Below are positions 58,886 to 64,000 of a DNA stretch of 64,000 nucleotides, in pieces. This DNA is from Lama glama (lineage: Eukaryota): positions 44,518,001 to 44,582,000 of the forward strand of contig CM052818.1 of the NCBI GenBank assembly GCA_028534125.1, given 5' to 3'. Numbering within the stretch: the first letter of the stretch is position 1; each line of letters starts with the position of its first letter. The position numbers and the translations under genes were made by a program. The notes under the pieces are model-generated. The model was not told the origin of the DNA and searched no databases. It saw only the letters and a list, made by a program, of their open reading frames with translations.

Positions 58886-61800
58886 GGTTTGGGCCTAGGA
58901 AACAGAGACACAAGCAAGACACATGCACAGTTAACTTGGAGGAGGCTCCAGGGCCAGCGAGGTGAACTCCTCCTCATTTCAGACACGTGCATCACACGCC
59001 CCACTTCGCACCTGGCTCGGGTTGTCTTGTTCCACTGGAATGGGCTCCATGACCCCCACCCCTGCCCAGTGCCCCCCACCTCAAACCCTGGGCCACCCCA
59101 GGAGGACTAACCTCAGTTATCACCGGCTCTTCCCCTCTGGGCCCACAGTACTTGTTTATATCACCTCGTGACACCTGCCCTGTCATACCGTGCGGGTTTT
59201 ATAGACTAAATCTTCAGACTGTTGAGAAGAGAGAGACTGTGTCTGATTCCTCTTAGTGTTCCCCACCACGCCAAATAGAGGAGATACTTAACAATATTAG
59301 TTGGAAAAAATGACTATTTTTACTTGAGAAGTGAAAAAAAAAGTGACATTTATTTTGAGCAATTTCCATCCTGGTCCTTGCCTGCCTGCCTCCCTGATGC
59401 GCTCACATTTCAAGGGATATCTGTGCTCAGCTTCGGTTTGTCTGCCCAGCTGATCAACTGAAGTCTGCTCTACAAAGGGCCCAGTGCTGGGAACGCAGAT
59501 GAAAGAAGACACAGCTCAAACCCCCGGCTCATGACAGACACGCACCAGTGCTGTGTCGATCCTAAGTAAACACTAAGGGAGTCACACCCAAGGAAAGGGG
59601 AGAATCGTCCCGGAGGGGCTGGCAGCTGGCAGGCTTGGAGGAGGGCATTCCGGGAGAGGAAGGTGCACCAGGGCACCGCGGAGGGAGAGGTGTGCGCACA
59701 CGCAGAGACGGGCTATGGCTGCAGCAGGGAACACCCAGGGGAAGGACCACAGCTGACACCATGCTAGGAAATTTGGATGGCGCAGTATAGCCAAGAGAAG
59801 CCACCGGAGACTCAGGAATTACAAAAATGACGATTCGATCCAGGATTTAGAAAGAGCATCGCGGTAAAAATGTAGGGAAGACTAACAAGAAAAGAAACTG
59901 AGGCAGGAAGACCAATCGGCAGCTGCTGCTGCTGGTGAGGACAAAAAATGATGCTGGCCTGAGAGGCGGCGTGACCAATGAAATGAGGCAGAGGGATGAC
60001 CCAGGAGAAGTTCGGGTGCTGAGCAACGGGAGCCCCAGTCAGCAGTGCCCCGGCCTTCGCCTCACACCTCTGGCTCCGACGCCCACCTCGGTGCTGACCC
60101 ACACCTGCCAGACCGCCCAGCCAGCAGAGCCTGCCCCCAGTTCCATGGCCCGGCCCTGTCACCCTGACAGGACTCACTCGTGCTCCCGCCCTGCAGCCTG
60201 CTCCGGCCACCCTCCTAGCTCTGCATCACTGGCCACCCCACCCACCACCCTCCCGCCTCCCCGGGGGCCATGGCTCTGCTCAAGGATCCCCCTTCGTCGG
60301 GGTCCTCTCTTCTCCAGCTGCACCTCCACTTCAAGGCTAAGTCCAGACCTCTATCCCCTCCTCTCTGTATACTTAACACTGAGGTGGACTCGTGAGGCCA
60401 CGTGGTTTCAGATACCCCGAGCACAGAGGGCTCGGCTCGCACATGTGACTTCTAATCAACGGGTCCCCAGACCTCGTCCTGTGTGAGGTCCCCTAGATCT
60501 CAGGGCCACCTACCCTGCTAACCAGGGACGCATGGGACCATAGGGACACCACCCACCTCCGGTCCCTTACAATGACTCCAGCAACTGCCGCAGCAGGTGC
60601 GCACACCTGGCCCTGGCGGCCCTCCATTTACACATCTTGGACTGTGAACTTTCCTGCTCTGATGTGTCTCTATTTTGTCATGTGGTTTTCTTGTTACTCA
60701 GTGAAGCCAGATTCTCCTTGAGGCCAAGGATCAAACCTTGTCCTTTCAAGTTAAAGACAACAACAACAACAACAAAAACAAAAAACTACCTTTTATAAGC
60801 CTCACTTCAACCCCTATTACAAAAGCAGAAGAGTTGTGAAGCAACCCCACTGCACAGATAAAGAAACTAAGGCTCAGAAGGGGCTGGTCAAATGCCCCGC
60901 ATGCAGACAAGAACTGCTGACTTAACTTAGAACTGCCAGAGACCTAAAAGCAGAGAACAAAACCTACAGAGAAAAGGAGACAGCCCTCTCTGGCTCTCTG
61001 TACAATTCTAAACGACGCCCTCGAGATGGACAGCACACTTCCTCCCTCAAATGAGGGAGCACGTGGACCTTCAGGAAGCACATTCAGATACGCACAGACC
61101 TGCCTCCCTGGCTGTGTGGCTTCCACCACTAACAAGGGCCCACGTCCGTAGACACAGAAAATCCCCAAAGTTCTAAGTCAGTTTAGTGGTGCAGGTTAGC
61201 TAACTTCACGCAAAAGGGGACGGGGGGACAGTTCCTGAAAAGATGAACAATATAGAAAGAGAATTATCTGTAACCCTGACACTTCTTCTAGGGAGTCATT
61301 TTATAAAAGGAATCATCACCTCAATGGTCAACCTAGATTTAATGCACTGGGCACACCGAGAGAGGTAACCTCCAACTCCATGGCGGGGCTCGCCATAGGA
61401 GTGACGTTTTTGTATCATTTCATTCACGTACGTGACCTCATGCTCGCGTGACTCTCACAGTAACCGTGTAGGTATAAGGCCTTTCAGGTGGGAAAACGTG
61501 TAACGAGGCAAATGCCCAAGATCACAGGACTGGAATCTGACCATCTGACCTCGGCTTCGCTTCTGTCGGGCCCCCTCTCCCGCCCCCCACAGCTTCCACC
61601 AACTTCATCGCCCGCACACAGGGGCTGCGCTCACTGCCGGATAACACATGACCACCTCCTCAGAGCCAAGGCCCCAAACCCACGCCAGCGCCCCTGCTCT
61701 GCCAGCACCGCTCCTGAGAAGGCCTCAGGACCCGACAGCCACTATCCTTTATTCATAAGAAAGAGAAAGCTCTTAAGCGGATGGTGTTACCATCTCTGCG

Positions 61801-62019
61801 TCCCAACTGCTTATCTGTAAAATGATGACTTCAGCCGAGGTGACCTGCAAGGTCCAATTCCATCTCCAGCCATTAGAAGATAAAGGCTTTGTTCTTGTTC
61901 TCATCAATCCTTAGCAACGAAAGGGCATCTTTAATAATTTAAACTAAATGTTGCTCCGTGCTCTTGTTCTCAAGAACAAAACATCCCTCCCCACCTCTCC
62001 CCACTCTTCAATGAGTAAA

Positions 62020-62028
62020 TCAAGGTCA
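62020..62028 (+). promoter_or_regulatory. Candidate ERR/NR5A monomeric element TCAAGGTCA in the intron upstream of the first coding exon
   Basis: Perfect TCAAGGTCA; ACAAGGTCA nearby at 62358-62366. Confidence 0.4.
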
Positions 62029-62459
62029 TCGTGCAGGATCTGAGACTTCCAAAGCTGGCAGGATCCTGACTGAGCTGTTGTCCCAACACCCTCATTTTAA
62101 AGAAATAAGCCCAGAAATGGCAAGTGACTGAGGCTGCGCTCCTCCCACAACAGAGACAGAGCCAGACTCAGGTTCCCGATTTCCAGTCCTGGGATCTTCC
62201 CTGTGCGCATGCCTCAGGACTGGCTGGCGTAGCTTTCCCTTCACAAATAATTGGAAGTAGCTAGTGATACTCCCTCTGTTGAATAACTTGTTTGCAAATC
62301 TGATAACACCTCCATTTGGAAGCAGAAAAGGATCTGTTCCCCAATCCTTAACAAAGGACAAGGTCAGGGCCCCGCCTGGCAACAGCTCCTAGGACCCATC
62401 AGCGCCTGCGCCCTGGGGCTGCCCAGACTGAGCACTGAGGATGTTAACAGGGAGAACAC

Positions 62460-63205
62460 TTCCACCTCACAGCTATTTGGATGGCTACTATCTAGAAAGC
62501 AGGAAAAAACATGCATTGGCGAGCACGTAAAGAAACTGGAACCCATGTGCACTGCTGGAGGGAATGCAAAATGGTAAAGCTGAAGAACACAGGATGGCGA
62601 TTCCACTAAAACATCAAAAACAGACCGATCATAGGATCCAGCAATCCCACTTCTGGGTACAGCCAAAAGAATTGAAATCAAGGTCTCAAAGAGACAGCTG
62701 CACTCCGTGTTCATAGCAGCATTATTCCCAATAGTCAAAAGGTGGAAACAACCCAAGTGTCCATCGACGGATGAATGGATAAACAAAACGCGGCATTATA
62801 CGCATCACGGAATACTATTCAGCCTTAAAAAGGAAGGAAATTCCGACGTATGCCACAACACGGATGAACCTTGAGGGCATTATGTTGAGTGAAATAAGCC
62901 AGAAACAAAAGGACAAATACTGTACGATCCTACTTATGTGAGCCACCTAGAGCAGACACACTCACAGAAACAGAAAGCAGAGCAGTGCCAACCAGGAGTG
63001 GGGACAAGGCACGGGGGAGCTAGTATTTAGTGGGGACAGAGCCTCCCTTCAGCAAGGTGGAGAGCTCTGGGCTGGACGGCAGAGACCATCGCCATGTGAA
63101 TACACAACCACGTGAATGTATGTATATTAAGTCTACTCAACTGTACACTTAAAAATGATTAAAAGACTACATTTTATGTATGTGTATTTCACCACAATTT
63201 AAAAA
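62460..63205 (+). mobile_element. L1MA/MB-like LINE 3' portion
   Basis: GATCCAGCAATCCCACTTCTGGGTA, ACAACCCAAGTGTCCATCGACGGATGAATGGATAAACAAA, CTGTACACTTAAAAATG. Confidence 0.9.
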
Positions 63206-64000
63206 CCTTTTTACAAGGTGAGGTGGGGTGAAGGAGAACACTGCCATTAACTAAAATTCATTTTGGGAAGATGAACATTATTTGGTTAAAAAGTTGCTCT
63301 GGGAGAGGGCTTGGGCCCAGGAGGAGCAGGGAGAGGGTGAGCCCAGGTCTCCTCGGGCAGCGGCTTGGCCAGAAGGCGAAGGCCACTCTCTCCTTTACCT
63401 GCTCCTCCTCCAGGATCTCTTGGGAGCACCTGCTGGCGAATACATACAGAGGACAGAAATACACAGCTGGGCACGAGTTCCCAAGTTTCACTTTTGTCAG
63501 TCCCACGTGTAGTGCAAGGATCAGGTAAGAAGCTAATCTGACTGACGTGAAGAAACCAGGCCAGCGGGCTCCCTCCCTCCTCCCTGCCAGCCCCCCTGCC
63601 ATGGTGTTCAAGAAGACACGGTGGGGTGAGGGCGGCAGGCACCGAGGGGGAAACTAAAGAAAGTGCCTTTGTGACCCAAGAGTAACCAAAGACAAGTAAA
63701 GCCGTGCACAAGGAAACAACAGTTCACACGTCCAGTCCAACAGCACTGAGACACCTGCTCTCCACTCACCCCATCCCAAATTACTTCTAGACCTACTAAT
63801 TTTAATCTCAGAATGAGGCAGGAAATACCTTCTTCACCTGACAAGGCTTCATTTACCACTGAAAACAGGATTCCACAACCCGAGTTCAGAAGGTTTTCCG
63901 GGAAAGCTGAGCCAAGACTCAAAAACCCTCCAACCAAACTGGGGTTCTCTGAGCTGGGCTGTGGATTTTCAGAGCATCTCCCAGGTTAAGAAAAATGGAA

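Noticed and set aside
59935..60486. 183-aa Pro/Thr/Ser-rich plus-strand ORF
   Set aside because: Low-complexity translation of GC-rich intron; non-ATG start; no homology recognised
1..64000. CRISPR array, operon or novel multi-gene system
   Set aside because: Eukaryotic intron/intergenic DNA; no regularly spaced repeats and no second gene identified

Overview
Mammalian genomic DNA, probably a camelid judging by its tRNA-Ala-like SINEs and cetartiodactyl-type L1 3' ends (inference). The window holds almost all of LPIN1 (lipin-1, Mg2+-dependent phosphatidate phosphatase and transcriptional co-regulator) on the minus strand. The ATG is at 58885, the stop is at 14840-14842, and a ~2.4 kb 3'UTR ends near an AATAAA at 12466-12471. 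The promoter and first non-coding exon(s) are not identifiable in the window. I traced 18 constitutive coding exons with GT-AG boundaries. Phases agree at every junction but one, where a required exon (ESKPEQ..., length 3n+2) is absent and most likely lies in the 500-N gap at 35692-36191. Both known cassette exons are present. The beta exon is 105 nt, with an apparently shifted acceptor. The gamma exon is an intact 78 nt, flanked by RBFOX-, QKI- and NOVA-type motifs. The rest is introns and downstream intergenic DNA with ordinary repeats (L1, L2, MIR, MLT/ERV LTRs, Tigger1, MER elements, SINEs, microsatellites). I see no evidence of a novel multi-gene system. The most interesting points concern conservation and regulation of LPIN1 alternative splicing and a few candidate regulatory sites. 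Exon numbers are my own coding-exon count, and repeat family calls are by eye.
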